The position numbers and the translations under genes were made by a program. A model generated the notes under the pieces. The model saw nothing but the letters and a program-made list of their open reading frames with translations. It had not been told where the DNA came from and searched no databases. Below are positions 39,271 through 48,270 of a stretch of DNA of 64,000 bases, piece by piece. Location of the stretch: IMG/VR virus record IMGVR_UViG_3300023184_000025, positions 248,001 to 312,000 of that record; one strand, written 5' to 3'. Positions within the stretch are counted from its first letter, which is position 1. Each line of letters starts with the position of its first letter.

Positions 39271-39825
39271 TTAGAAACTACGTGTGTAGAATACATTGTA
39301 ACCATCTTGACGTGAATCACCGGTGATTCGGTCGAAACGGAAACCAACTGCATCCTTCTTGTTGATTGCATAAGTTACGCCAACACGAACTGTATCGGTG
39401 GTGTCTTTGTTTACATTGGCATTGTCTGCCGCTGTACGATAACGGTAAGCAACCTTAGCTGTCAAGCCAGAGCTCAATGGTACAGTAACACCTGGCTCAA
39501 TTGAGTAGTATGTAAACTGACCGCTGGTGCTGTACTTTTGGCCCAATGCCACTTTAGCGTAGCCTTTAACTGGTCCAAACAATGTAGTAGTTGCAGTACC
39601 GCCAACTTCTAAACGTGTGCTAACTGAATTTGTGTTGTCAGTTTGCGTTGATGAAAGTTGTGTGTGTACACCAAATGTATCATTGATACTTTCACTTAGA
39701 GCGAAGTTGGTACTCATTTGGTCATTGCCACCGATGGTGTTTAATTTTGTGCCTTCTACAGTAACTGATCCGGCAAACGCTGTGCTACTAATTGCAATAG
39801 CAATAAATGCTAAGATTTTCTTCAT
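39271..39825 (-). CDS. Outer-membrane beta-barrel protein
   Basis: Sec signal MKKILAF..AFA, alternating strands, C-terminal YTRSF BAM signal. Confidence 0.8.
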   Translation of the reverse strand: MKKILAFIAIAISSTAFAGSVTVEGTKLNTIGGNDQMSTNFALSESINDTFGVHTQLSSTQTDNTNSVSTRLEVGGTATTTLFGPVKGYAKVALGQKYSTSGQFTYYSIEPGVTVPLSSGLTAKVAYRYRTAADNANVNKDTTDTVRVGVTYAINKKDAVGFRFDRITGDSRQDGYNVFYTRSF

Positions 39826-39922
39826 TTTTATTTTCCTTAAAAAAAGAATGAGTTTTAAATCATTCACTATTATGTATCAGTGTTTGCAACAATGTTAATT
39901 AAAATTGGGGGTATTTTGGTCC

Positions 39923-39947
39923 AAAAAAAACCCGCCGAAGCGGGTTC
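39923..39947 (-). terminator. Intrinsic terminator ending the tmRNA
   Basis: aacccgc-ttcg-gcgggtt + U-tract. Confidence 0.9.
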
Positions 39948-39949
39948 TG

Positions 39950-40222
39950 AGTTTCTGTTACGAGGTATGTCTTACCCTAGACGGCTTTTATCAAGCTGCC
40001 AATGCGAACTGTTCGTCGTTTGCGTTTACGTTTTTTGCTTGATTTACGGTCATCGCCTACCGTGCTGTCCACTCTGTTACTCTTTGCCCTGTCAAAACCA
40101 TGCTCACCCCCGACAAGAATATACTAACCTAGTATACTCTTGGTGGAAGTGCCGGGGCTCGAACCCGGGTCCAAGACAACTTTCTCTTCGCCTCTTCCCT
40201 TTCGGGGTTTACAGCAATATTC
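39950..40222 (-). ncRNA. ssrA: tmRNA, circularly permuted (two-piece); tag ANDEQFALAA
   Basis: T-arm/acceptor ..GGGTTCGAGCCCCGGCACTTCCACCA (ends 40141) precedes 5' GGGGGTG (40111); G3:U70 pair; tag ORF 40023-39991. Confidence 0.93.
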
Positions 40223-40855
40223 TTATTTAATCAATCTACGCTTTTGTAAATTCAATTCTGCTATTTTAGCATCGTCTGGCTTTAGATAGTAATTCTTCTC
40301 ACCATCGTTATACCAGTGTCTACCAAACGCATTGTTGTTTTTATTCTTGCGTAGTTGAGTCCATTCAATTGTTGTTATCCAACCTTCTGGAATTTGTTCT
40401 TTATTATACTTTTTGCGTGATGACAAGTCAACCGCATCTTTACCCACACACCAAACTTTTCCAAACTGCGAATTGTTTTCTTTCTGTTGGTGTTGCTTTT
40501 CAGCAAAGGTCTTCTTACGCTTTTCCATTGCTGAGTCAGTGTTTGCCAAATCACACACCTTCTTTTGATGTTCTTTGTTTACAGAAAAATTGTGTTCAGT
40601 GCGAATACCTGTAAATGGATTTGGGTGTAGTTGATGACGCAACTTTCCCGCTTCTCGTTGTCTTATTCTTACTAATTCTTCTTTTGGGCTTAACTTTGCT
40701 AAACCCTGCCACGCAACATAATCTTGCCAACGACCATATTCTTCATATAACTTGCGATGTGCTTCTGCGTGGTCATCAACAGATAATTCTACAAGATTGC
40801 TTGGATCGTCTGTTCCGCCTGCGTGTTTAGGAATAATATGATGTTTGTGGCTCAT
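40223..40855 (-). CDS. HNH homing endonuclease
   Basis: HHIIPKHAGGTDDPSNLVELSVDDHAEAH; C-terminal repeat modules; TATAAATA upstream. Confidence 0.85.
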   Translation of the reverse strand: MSHKHHIIPKHAGGTDDPSNLVELSVDDHAEAHRKLYEEYGRWQDYVAWQGLAKLSPKEELVRIRQREAGKLRHQLHPNPFTGIRTEHNFSVNKEHQKKVCDLANTDSAMEKRKKTFAEKQHQQKENNSQFGKVWCVGKDAVDLSSRKKYNKEQIPEGWITTIEWTQLRKNKNNNAFGRHWYNDGEKNYYLKPDDAKIAELNLQKRRLIK

Positions 40856-40894
40856 ACAAGTATTTATACCTGTCGAACCAAAGTCCAGGATTAG

Positions 40895-41206
40895 TTAAAT
40901 ATTTCCTAATCCTACACGACTATAACCCAACTTGGATTTAATCTCTTTACGGTCTCGATTCTTCTCTGGTTTCCACGCCCGTGGGTCGACGGTTTCACCA
41001 GTTAGTTCATAACGAAAGTCTGGATCGTAAACCATATATCCCAGTTTGTTCCATTTGATTACCCCATCGTCAAATAGAAAAATACAACCACGACACATAC
41101 AGAAACTGGCACCGTTTTCACTCATTACATTACCATTCACCGTGCCAACATATTTGACCACATTACCCTGGTGCATTTCTTTAAGTGCTTCGTAGTAGTC
41201 AATCAT
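40895..41206 (-). CDS. Hypothetical protein
   Basis: Coupled ORF. Confidence 0.6.
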   Translation of the reverse strand: MIDYYEALKEMHQGNVVKYVGTVNGNVMSENGASFCMCRGCIFLFDDGVIKWNKLGYMVYDPDFRYELTGETVDPRAWKPEKNRDRKEIKSKLGYSRVGLGNI

Positions 41207-41433
41207 TCATCAACTCCAAAAACAAACTTGATACGATTGGCAACCACCTTGCCATCATATCGGGTGTCGTTAGCAACATCTAAACATTCATTGATGATTA
41301 GTTCTGCGAATTTTTCTAAACGGATCTTATCCCATTCTTGAATTTTGAATCCATCTTTGGGATCAAATTGGTATATCTTATCAGCAGATAAGTTAGCCTG
41401 TTCAGTAAGTTGTTTTATCTTCTGTTCGTTCAT
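41203..41433 (-). CDS. Hypothetical phage protein (EKFAELIINEC family)
   Basis: MNE.IK.L..QA..EKFAELI..EC pattern. Confidence 0.7.
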   Translation of the reverse strand: MNEQKIKQLTEQANLSADKIYQFDPKDGFKIQEWDKIRLEKFAELIINECLDVANDTRYDGKVVANRIKFVFGVDE

Positions 41434-41459
41434 AGTGGTCTTTGCGGTGTCCTACCCTT

Positions 41460-41502
41460 GCGTCCAGAACACTTTTCTCTTTGCTTCATACAGCAATAAC
41501 TC
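41460..41502 (-). pseudogene. Remnant of a second tmRNA acceptor-piece 5' segment
   Basis: gtcca..tttctctt..acagcaata..ctta aligns with 40169-40225 but breaks at the T-arm. Confidence 0.6.
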
Positions 41503-42147
41503 TTACTTATTGATTATACTGTCAACAAAGTCTAATAGCAATGCATAATGGCTACCTTGATGATATTTGCCCTTCATCCAACTGTAACTATCATACCAAT
41601 GCCGTTCACTTTCAGGATGACACCCTATTAATCCAATTTGGTTTTGAATTATGGCCATTGGATCACCATTGGCATAACGAGCAACAGTTTCGAACTTAGA
41701 CTCGTCTCCAACTAAAGCGCACCCGTCATACCAAAACATGTTTGTGGGAGTGCCGTTCCAGGTTATACTGATATTTTTTGCATGCGGCCTGCGAGTATCA
41801 GTGTCAGGGCGTGTTATATACTGTACTGCATCAACGCCGTCTAGCAAATTAAAATACTCACTGCCAGCCCAGTATGCACCCATACAGATACCAAGGTATG
41901 CTCCACCACGATTAACAAATTCCTGTATCCTAAGTCCGTTTTCTCTAGTTAAAAAATTAAAATTACTGGCATCTCCCAGACCACCGGGAAAACATATCAT
42001 GTCAACATCGTCAAAAAAATCCGCCTCTAATTCCTGGCGGGTGAATATTTTAAATGTGTAGTTTGACGAAAGGGCTTTAATGATACCGTTGCCACTTTGC
42101 ACGGAGCAATATGGTTGGTGCAAAAATAATGCAATGCGACCGTTCAT
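41503..42147 (-). CDS. Class I glutamine amidotransferase-like protein (BPL_N-like)
   Basis: FPGG, YLGICMGAY, HPE. Confidence 0.85.
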   Translation of the reverse strand: MNGRIALFLHQPYCSVQSGNGIIKALSSNYTFKIFTRQELEADFFDDVDMICFPGGLGDASNFNFLTRENGLRIQEFVNRGGAYLGICMGAYWAGSEYFNLLDGVDAVQYITRPDTDTRRPHAKNISITWNGTPTNMFWYDGCALVGDESKFETVARYANGDPMAIIQNQIGLIGCHPESERHWYDSYSWMKGKYHQGSHYALLLDFVDSIINK

Positions 42148-42149
42148 GA

Positions 42150-42281
42150 TTATTTGTGTGGTTTTAAAAAGTCATCGTCTTTTGAATCTTCATCAAATTT
42201 GGACCAATCGTAGGTAGCAACTGAATATATCCAATATCCATACAGTCCAAAAATTAAAATTAATAAAATTAGATTAGACAT
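42150..42281 (-). CDS. 43-aa single-TM protein (not in ORF track)
   Basis: MSNLILLILIFGLYGYWIYSVATYDWSKF.. Confidence 0.55.
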   Translation of the reverse strand: MSNLILLILIFGLYGYWIYSVATYDWSKFDEDSKDDDFLKPHK

Positions 42282-42295
42282 ACTACTCGAGATAT

Positions 42296-42808
42296 TTAGT
42301 CAACAGTTTTATTGACTGTTACCCCGGACTTTTCTAAAAATTTTACCCCTGAATCATCTCGGTATGCTTCTCCGTAAAATACTCTGCGTATTCCGGATTG
42401 ATAAATCAGTTTAGCGCATTCAATGCAGGGAGCATGAGTAACAAACAAATCAGCACCGTCGCCACTTTCTGTGCTCTTGGCCAATTTTGCAATGGCGTTA
42501 GTTTCAGCATGAAGTACCTCTGGTTTAGTTTTTAATCCGTATCTATACTCTTCTTCAGCATCTTCGTTATATTCTGTATACGGATACATCGATTCAAACT
42601 CATCGGGACTAATCCATCCTCCTGCTCCAGAGTCATATACTTTATCTTCGCAATTATTATCCCAACCAGCCGGCATACCATTGTAGCCAATTGAGATGAT
42701 TCTATCATCCTTGACCACAATAGCACCCACATGCAATCTACGAGCATGACTAAGTTTGGCAAATGTTTTAGCAACATCCATATAGGCCTGAATAAATTTC
42801 TGTTTCAT
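42296..42808 (-). CDS. dCMP deaminase
   Basis: GYNG, HAETNAI, PCIEC. Confidence 0.95.
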   Translation of the reverse strand: MKQKFIQAYMDVAKTFAKLSHARRLHVGAIVVKDDRIISIGYNGMPAGWDNNCEDKVYDSGAGGWISPDEFESMYPYTEYNEDAEEEYRYGLKTKPEVLHAETNAIAKLAKSTESGDGADLFVTHAPCIECAKLIYQSGIRRVFYGEAYRDDSGVKFLEKSGVTVNKTVD

Positions 42809-42809
42809 A

Positions 42810-43415
42810 TTAGTCTACACTTGGCCCATTGCCGTTTTTAAAGCCCACCTTTCCACCTTCAGATTCAATGCGTTTGATCACATCTTCGAATAAAATGGGT
42901 GTGTAATCGGTTTGCTCCACGCACACACAGTGATATCGCGGATCAATGTAGTTGCTGTAGATAACTTCTCCAGTATCAGCGTGTGCGCCACGAGGCTTCA
43001 TCACACGGTTAGCGTGAGTGTGTCCGTGAATGTTCACACCAAAGCGACCCAAACTTGCTTCATGCACAGGGATGTGGCTCAAGATCATTCCGTTCATCAC
43101 ATGATATGCTCGCAACTCACGAAAGTATTTGCGATATTCCTCATCACGAAAGATATCGTGATTACCACGGATCAGGACCTTGTCACCATTCAAGCGGGCC
43201 ATTGTTGGTAATGCTTTACGATTGATGACCACATCACCCAAATGATAGACCTTGTCGTTGGGCCGCACACGGTCATTCCAACGACAAATCATTTCTTCAT
43301 CCATTTCCTCAGCCGAGTCCCAGGGACGAAGTTTTGTAACACCATCGTTACGTGTGAAGCGACATACACCAGTATGTCCAAAATGTGTGTCGCTGACTAA
43401 AAATACACTAGGCAT
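42810..43415 (-). CDS. Calcineurin-like metallophosphoesterase
   Basis: SDTHFGH, LGD, GNHD, HGHTH. Confidence 0.92.
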   Translation of the reverse strand: MPSVFLVSDTHFGHTGVCRFTRNDGVTKLRPWDSAEEMDEEMICRWNDRVRPNDKVYHLGDVVINRKALPTMARLNGDKVLIRGNHDIFRDEEYRKYFRELRAYHVMNGMILSHIPVHEASLGRFGVNIHGHTHANRVMKPRGAHADTGEVIYSNYIDPRYHCVCVEQTDYTPILFEDVIKRIESEGGKVGFKNGNGPSVD

Positions 43416-43439
43416 ATATTGCTCCTTTCTTTAACTTAG

Positions 43440-43468
43440 ATTATACAATTGTTTGAGTTACCAGTCAA
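43440..43468 (-). promoter_or_regulatory. Sigma70-type promoter TTGACT-17-TATAAT
   Basis: Direct match. Confidence 0.7.
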
Positions 43469-43485
43469 CTGTTTTTGTAATAAAA

Positions 43486-43687
43486 AATAGTTAAAGGCAC
43501 TACCCTGTGTTTAAAGCATTAGGTTTTATCAACGGTATCAGCGTTGCCGTAACACTCCCATCAGCATGTTCAACCAAGTGCCACTTGGCTCGGCCAGTAT
43601 ATCGGCTACAGTAGGCTATGGGTGATCACTTCCCTGGTAGTTAGGATCTGCTGGCTAAGCTTTCTTTCGCTCACGCCTTTAACTATT
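43486..43687 (-). ncRNA. Candidate ~200-nt structured RNA closed by a 13-bp perfect stem
   Basis: aatagttaaaggc / gcctttaactatt; internal hairpins; no ORF. Confidence 0.55.
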
Positions 43688-43690
43688 ACA

Positions 43691-43939
43691 TTAAAAAACT
43701 TTGTCAGAACGTCTAGGTCGACGGTCTGGATTTTTCACTTCTGTAGGTTTTAACAAATACTCTCTACCCACATGTCCTGCTTCAATTTCCTTAAGAGCAG
43801 TGACTACTGCTCCGTTGGTGGAAGCAATGTGTGAGCGATAACCATTGCGAAGTTCTCTAACTCTGCGAGTTGCAATTAGCACAAGATCAAATCGGTTACC
43901 AACTTGTTCTACTGCGTCTTCTGATGTAATTCTTGCCAT
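43691..43939 (-). CDS. rpoZ: RNA polymerase omega subunit
   Basis: MARITSEDAV..NRFDLVLIATRRVREL..VTALKEIEAG. Confidence 0.92.
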   Translation of the reverse strand: MARITSEDAVEQVGNRFDLVLIATRRVRELRNGYRSHIASTNGAVVTALKEIEAGHVGREYLLKPTEVKNPDRRPRRSDKVF

Positions 43940-43947
43940 GTTAATCC

Positions 43948-45123
43948 TTAAAGGTATTTTTGATGTAGGCGTTGTGAGTCATCGCCTAAGTCTTTTATTA
44001 ATTTAGCATTGTAATAAAAGTGTTCTGTGTGATTGTTGTAATAGTTTTTTAAATCATTAATGCTGTGATCTGCAATTAATTTTTTAATTGATTGTATAGC
44101 CATTGATACCCTGTCATGAAAATCACGCACTCCTTGATACCTGTAATCAATTAAGTCATGCGGAAACCAAAATCCTTGTGCTTCTAAATTGCTTACTGCG
44201 TTATAACAAAGAGGTATAGCTACCAAATGATGCCAGAAAGCTCTCATGGTTTTCTCTGTGAATGCTTGATGTAAATCATTATTTTTTGTTTCTCTAATTA
44301 CCGAAGCAAAGCAACAGCGGTTGTTATTCCATGTAAAACTATCAACAAAACAAAATTGTTGAACTCTTTTTTTAATTGCAGTATTGTTGTTGATATTTTT
44401 TATTTTAACCTCACCATCGCTGTTGACTTTTGTGTCATACAATGATGATATCAAATCAATAGTGTCCTGACTTTTAAAATAAGTGATCTGTTCTGCATAG
44501 TCTAATAACACTTGTTTTGGTGGCAATTTATACAGGCTATCAAATAAACAATGATCTAAAAACTCTAATACTCGCATTGCAATATATGATCTATCATTGT
44601 AGTGTTTTGTACCACCAGCCCAATAACTAAAATGATATTGCATCATTTTATTTTTTTCAGTGACTATGTCTGGGTGACTAACAAATTCACCAGGACTAAA
44701 ACAAGTACGATAAGCACTTTCGCAATAGGCCCAGGACAACTCAACAATTGAAAACGATTTTTCGTGATAAATGTTGCACCATTCTTTCCACCAATTTTTC
44801 ATTCCTAAACTCTGACTTAACACCACAGTGATGTTTTCTATATCAGCACATTTTGTTCGTAACCACTGATGTAGATAAACCATTAACTCTTCGCTGATGT
44901 ATTCTTGGTACAATATAGCCACAGGCTGTGCAAAACTTGTACCAAAATCAAAATGTTGTGTTAATGCATCAAGTTTAGAAAAAACAAACTGTTTTAATTC
45001 AGTAGAATTTAACGTATCAGTGTTGGATATAAGATCGTCGCCAATTCTACAGGCTATTTTGTAGTTTGCTGGTTGTTGATGTGTTCTGATGTACCTAACA
45101 ACATCTTCGTTGGCAACGTTCAT
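43948..45123 (-). CDS. Glycosyltransferase-like protein (GT10-like paralog)
   Basis: VIRET..FTEKTMRAF..GF. Confidence 0.5.
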   Translation of the reverse strand: MNVANEDVVRYIRTHQQPANYKIACRIGDDLISNTDTLNSTELKQFVFSKLDALTQHFDFGTSFAQPVAILYQEYISEELMVYLHQWLRTKCADIENITVVLSQSLGMKNWWKEWCNIYHEKSFSIVELSWAYCESAYRTCFSPGEFVSHPDIVTEKNKMMQYHFSYWAGGTKHYNDRSYIAMRVLEFLDHCLFDSLYKLPPKQVLLDYAEQITYFKSQDTIDLISSLYDTKVNSDGEVKIKNINNNTAIKKRVQQFCFVDSFTWNNNRCCFASVIRETKNNDLHQAFTEKTMRAFWHHLVAIPLCYNAVSNLEAQGFWFPHDLIDYRYQGVRDFHDRVSMAIQSIKKLIADHSINDLKNYYNNHTEHFYYNAKLIKDLGDDSQRLHQKYL

Positions 45124-45554
45124 GAGTATTCGTAATTGACAGTTGAATCGTTGACTCTAAAGGTATTTGCGCCGTTTTTGATGTGAAATTTTCTAGCCAT
45201 TTCAGTGGGTGGACTAAGAGTAACAAATCTTTTAATATTGGGTTTATTTTCTCTTATGTGTCGAACTGCATCAAAGATGAGTTCGCGGCCTGCACCAGGA
45301 GCATAACTCCAGATAGTGTAGAATACTACAATACTAGGATCGTTTACTGGTTCAAATAATTCGCTTTCATCAAGCGGAACAATGTTTTGGTAGCTAGCAC
45401 AAGTGATGGCTTTGGCTTTACCACTTTCGTCACGGAGTACAAATATATCTCTATTTGTGCCTATGCGACTACTGGTTGGGATGTGAGGACGAACTGGATC
45501 TTCTTTGAGCAGTTCAATGATGTTGTCTGAAAATGATTGTACAAAGTGTAGCAT
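45120..45554 (-). CDS. Hypothetical phage protein, possibly GNAT-like
   Basis: EDPVRPHI, FYTIWSYAPGAGREL, VTLSP; true start 45554 (longer ORF overlaps tRNA). Confidence 0.65.
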   Translation of the reverse strand: MLHFVQSFSDNIIELLKEDPVRPHIPTSSRIGTNRDIFVLRDESGKAKAITCASYQNIVPLDESELFEPVNDPSIVVFYTIWSYAPGAGRELIFDAVRHIRENKPNIKRFVTLSPPTEMARKFHIKNGANTFRVNDSTVNYEYS

Positions 45555-45607
45555 GTTAACCTTATATATGACGTTATGTGTGTATTTAATATTAAAGACT
45601 AATATAA

Positions 45608-45682
45608 TGGCCGGTCCTGAGAGGATCGAACTCCCACCCTCTGTTTCGAAGACAGAGATGATATCCATTTCACCAAGGACCG
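45608..45682 (-). tRNA. tRNA-Arg(TCG)
   Basis: Cloverleaf, loop ctTCGaa, CCA encoded. Confidence 0.9.
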
Positions 45683-45685
45683 ATG

Positions 45686-45759
45686 TGGTGCTCTCAACAA
45701 GAATTGAACTTGTGTTTCGCCCTTACCAAGGGCGTGTAATGCCATTATACTATGAGAGC
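45686..45759 (-). tRNA. tRNA-Thr(GGT)
   Basis: Cloverleaf, loop ttGGTaa. Confidence 0.9.
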
Positions 45760-45800
45760 AGAATTTGTAATATTGATAAAGTTTTAATGTAAATAAAAAC

Positions 45801-46526
45801 ATGCCTAATTATGATTCCTTTTATAAAAATCTTGCTAACAAAACTGTAGACTGGTTGCCCATGGACACTGAAGAATTATACAAGAAAAATCTTGACAAAC
45901 GCCACGGTGATCTAGTACTACAGGGCTGGATAGATAATCACTTTACATATGAATTTAACTCACATGGGTTTAGGTGTAAAGAGTTTACCGACAAACCTAG
46001 TATCATGTTTCTTGGATGTAGTTTTACAATGGGTATGGGATTACCTGTAGACTTAATTTGGCCTGAGTTAGTATCAAAGAATCTAAATTTACAATGTGTT
46101 AATCTTGGCATTGCCGGCTCCTCTGCTGATACAGCATTTAGGTTATGCCATGGATGGCTAGATAAAATTAATCCAAACACAGTTATTTTTATGCAACCCC
46201 CGGGCATAAGATGTGAACTGGTAACCGACGATAGTATTAAAAATGTAGATATTGAAGATCCATCAACAAAAGAGTTTATCAAACTTTGGACAGTAGACGA
46301 AAATAATAATTATTTCAACACTGAAAAAAATACATTAGGTATACAAATGCTGTGTACTGCCAAAGGAATCAAGTTTGTTACAGTTAATGCTAACACACTC
46401 ACATCAAGCTACTCTAATTCATTTGGTAGAGACCTTTGCCATCCGGGCATTGACAGGCATCGAGTTTTTGCTGAACGATTGTCAATGAAGCTTGGAGCGG
46501 GTAGAGAGAATCGAACTCTCAACTAA
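45801..46526 (+). CDS. SGNH-like protein (paralog of 534-1244), antisense to tRNA array
   Basis: YEFNSHGFR, LGCSFT, NLGIAGSS, RDLCHPG. Confidence 0.7.
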   Translation: MPNYDSFYKNLANKTVDWLPMDTEELYKKNLDKRHGDLVLQGWIDNHFTYEFNSHGFRCKEFTDKPSIMFLGCSFTMGMGLPVDLIWPELVSKNLNLQCVNLGIAGSSADTAFRLCHGWLDKINPNTVIFMQPPGIRCELVTDDSIKNVDIEDPSTKEFIKLWTVDENNNYFNTEKNTLGIQMLCTAKGIKFVTVNANTLTSSYSNSFGRDLCHPGIDRHRVFAERLSMKLGAGRENRTLN

Positions 46527-46566
46527 ACCTTGGCAAGGTCTCGGGTTACCATTACACCATACCCGC
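46493..46566 (-). tRNA. tRNA-Gly(GCC)
   Basis: Cloverleaf, loop ttGCCaa. Confidence 0.9.
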
Positions 46567-46576
46567 ATTAAATAAC

Positions 46577-47047
46577 TCAAGCTACTTTTAAAGTTTTGAA
46601 ACGATCAGCGGCATAGCTTGCGGCAAATGCGTTGGGTTTAACAAACGGTACAACATTACATGTTCCTTTAATATAGCCAATAGCCTGGCTAATAACACAG
46701 CTAGATCCATACTGATCATCAGGGTTAATGTCCAAGTGGACTTGAACCTGTCTACCTTCAAATACATCTGCTAGCTTTAGGTACAACTCGCTAACTTTAT
46801 ACACTTCGGACATGAGGCGCATTGCTGGCCTATTGACTTTGTGATCGTAATCACGTTCACGTTGTACCTCACCAAATAACTTACAACCGTTATTTCCGTT
46901 AATGTGTACAACAATAGCCAAGACGTAGTCAGCATACCACTGACCGTCAACACGCATACGTTCAGAATCACAGCCTAGATAAATTTTAGTATCTGGCCCT
47001 TGCGCTTCAATAAAGCTCTTGATTTCTTCTAGATTAATTTTTTTCAT
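46577..47047 (-). CDS. RNase H-like YkuK/DUF458 family protein
   Basis: IYLGCDS, RLMSEV, VHLDIN, KPNAFAASYAAD. Confidence 0.85.
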   Translation of the reverse strand: MKKINLEEIKSFIEAQGPDTKIYLGCDSERMRVDGQWYADYVLAIVVHINGNNGCKLFGEVQRERDYDHKVNRPAMRLMSEVYKVSELYLKLADVFEGRQVQVHLDINPDDQYGSSCVISQAIGYIKGTCNVVPFVKPNAFAASYAADRFKTLKVA

Positions 47048-47058
47048 GATTACCTCAG

Positions 47059-47838
47059 TTACGAGCTGGCATCAAGTACATGACTATACATGATGTCCTT
47101 TACTGTAGCAGTCCTTTCATTTTTGTTTTTGCTTCCCAATACCACAATCACGTAGTCTTTGTCTTTTTGTGTCACAAACAAACTCATACACCAACCTGCG
47201 GCATTGGTAAGACCAGTTTTGCTAATCACAATGTTGTTAAATTCAAACAACAATGGTTGATTGGTATTGGTTAAGTTTACAATTTGAGATTTTTTCTTGA
47301 CCTGTGTTTCAATTGAAACAGTTTTCTTAACTGATGCTTCTTTAATAAACCAATAGCCGGATGCTGTTTGCACCATGTTGGCCACGTCATATACTGTGCT
47401 TACATTAAACACACTTAGGCCAGTTGGGTCAATAAATGCAGTATTATTCATTCCCCACACTTTGGCATGTAGGTTCATTTGTTTAACAAATTCGCTTCTT
47501 CCACCAGGATAATCTTCAGCAATAGTTTCGGCCGCGGCGTTGTCACTGCGAACTAGCATTGCATTTAACAGTTCGTATCTGGTGTAATATTGTCGTGGAA
47601 TACTACTTGGAACACGACCACTAAGTAAAAGTTTTCTACCTAGGTCTTTGTTGTAGTCAAGTGTGACCATTGCGGTCATTAATTTAGTAATACTAGCAAT
47701 AGGACGAATTTCTTCACCGTTGTGTACATATTGTGGTTTGTTGGAGACCACATCCAAGACTAATATACTTGAATCACTAGGAAATGCATAAGTGGGTATG
47801 CTAACCAGCATTGCAAGCATTATAAAAAGTCTCTTCAT
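47059..47838 (-). CDS. D-Ala-D-Ala endo/carboxypeptidase (S11, PBP7/PbpG-like)
   Basis: Signal peptide, ASITK, SDN, DPTGL, KTG. Confidence 0.92.
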   Translation of the reverse strand: MKRLFIMLAMLVSIPTYAFPSDSSILVLDVVSNKPQYVHNGEEIRPIASITKLMTAMVTLDYNKDLGRKLLLSGRVPSSIPRQYYTRYELLNAMLVRSDNAAAETIAEDYPGGRSEFVKQMNLHAKVWGMNNTAFIDPTGLSVFNVSTVYDVANMVQTASGYWFIKEASVKKTVSIETQVKKKSQIVNLTNTNQPLLFEFNNIVISKTGLTNAAGWCMSLFVTQKDKDYVIVVLGSKNKNERTATVKDIMYSHVLDASS

Positions 47839-47871
47839 GATGCTTCCTTTGTTCTATTATATATGCTAAAT

Positions 47872-47948
47872 TGGTGCCCCAGAGGAGACTCGAACTCCTA
47901 AAATTTGGCTTCTAAGACCAACACGTATACCAATTCCGTCACCGGGGC
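47872..47948 (-). tRNA. tRNA-Leu(TAG) with short variable loop
   Basis: Loop ctTAGaa; 77 nt, no long V-arm. Confidence 0.85.
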
Positions 47949-48111
47949 TTTAAATACAGTATGATTAATTGTAACACATCTACTGATATATTGTATGAGA
48001 AATTGGCAAAACAGTCTTATATTTCTCCAACTTACCATAGCACACATCGTGTGTTTGTTCCTGATCCACTGCTGAATACACCCAAACCTAAGTTTATTCC
48101 TGATCCATTAT

Positions 48112-48187
48112 TGGTACCAAGAGACGGGATCGAACCGTCCACACCCGGATTTTCAGTCCGGTGCTCTACCAACTGAGCTATCTTGGC
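48112..48187 (-). tRNA. tRNA-Phe(GAA)
   Basis: Cloverleaf. Confidence 0.93.
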
Positions 48188-48189
48188 AT

Positions 48190-48265
48190 TGGGGTAACTA
48201 ATGGGAATCGAACCCATATTAACGGAATCACAATCCGTGGTGTTAACCTTTACACTATAGTCACC
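48190..48265 (-). tRNA. tRNA-His(GTG)
   Basis: Cloverleaf, G-1:C73. Confidence 0.92.
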
Positions 48266-48270
48266 ATAGA

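Noticed and set aside
43486-43687. 6S RNA or RNase P RNA
   Set aside because: The size fits 6S, but the visible pairings are multibranched rather than rod-like, and RNase P signature segments are absent. Kept as an unknown RNA.
47872-47948. tRNA with TAG as an amber suppressor, or a recoded genome
   Set aside because: Anticodon TAG reads CTA (Leu); a suppressor would need anticodon CTA. Genes are intact in code 11 and TAG, TGA and TAA all act as stops.
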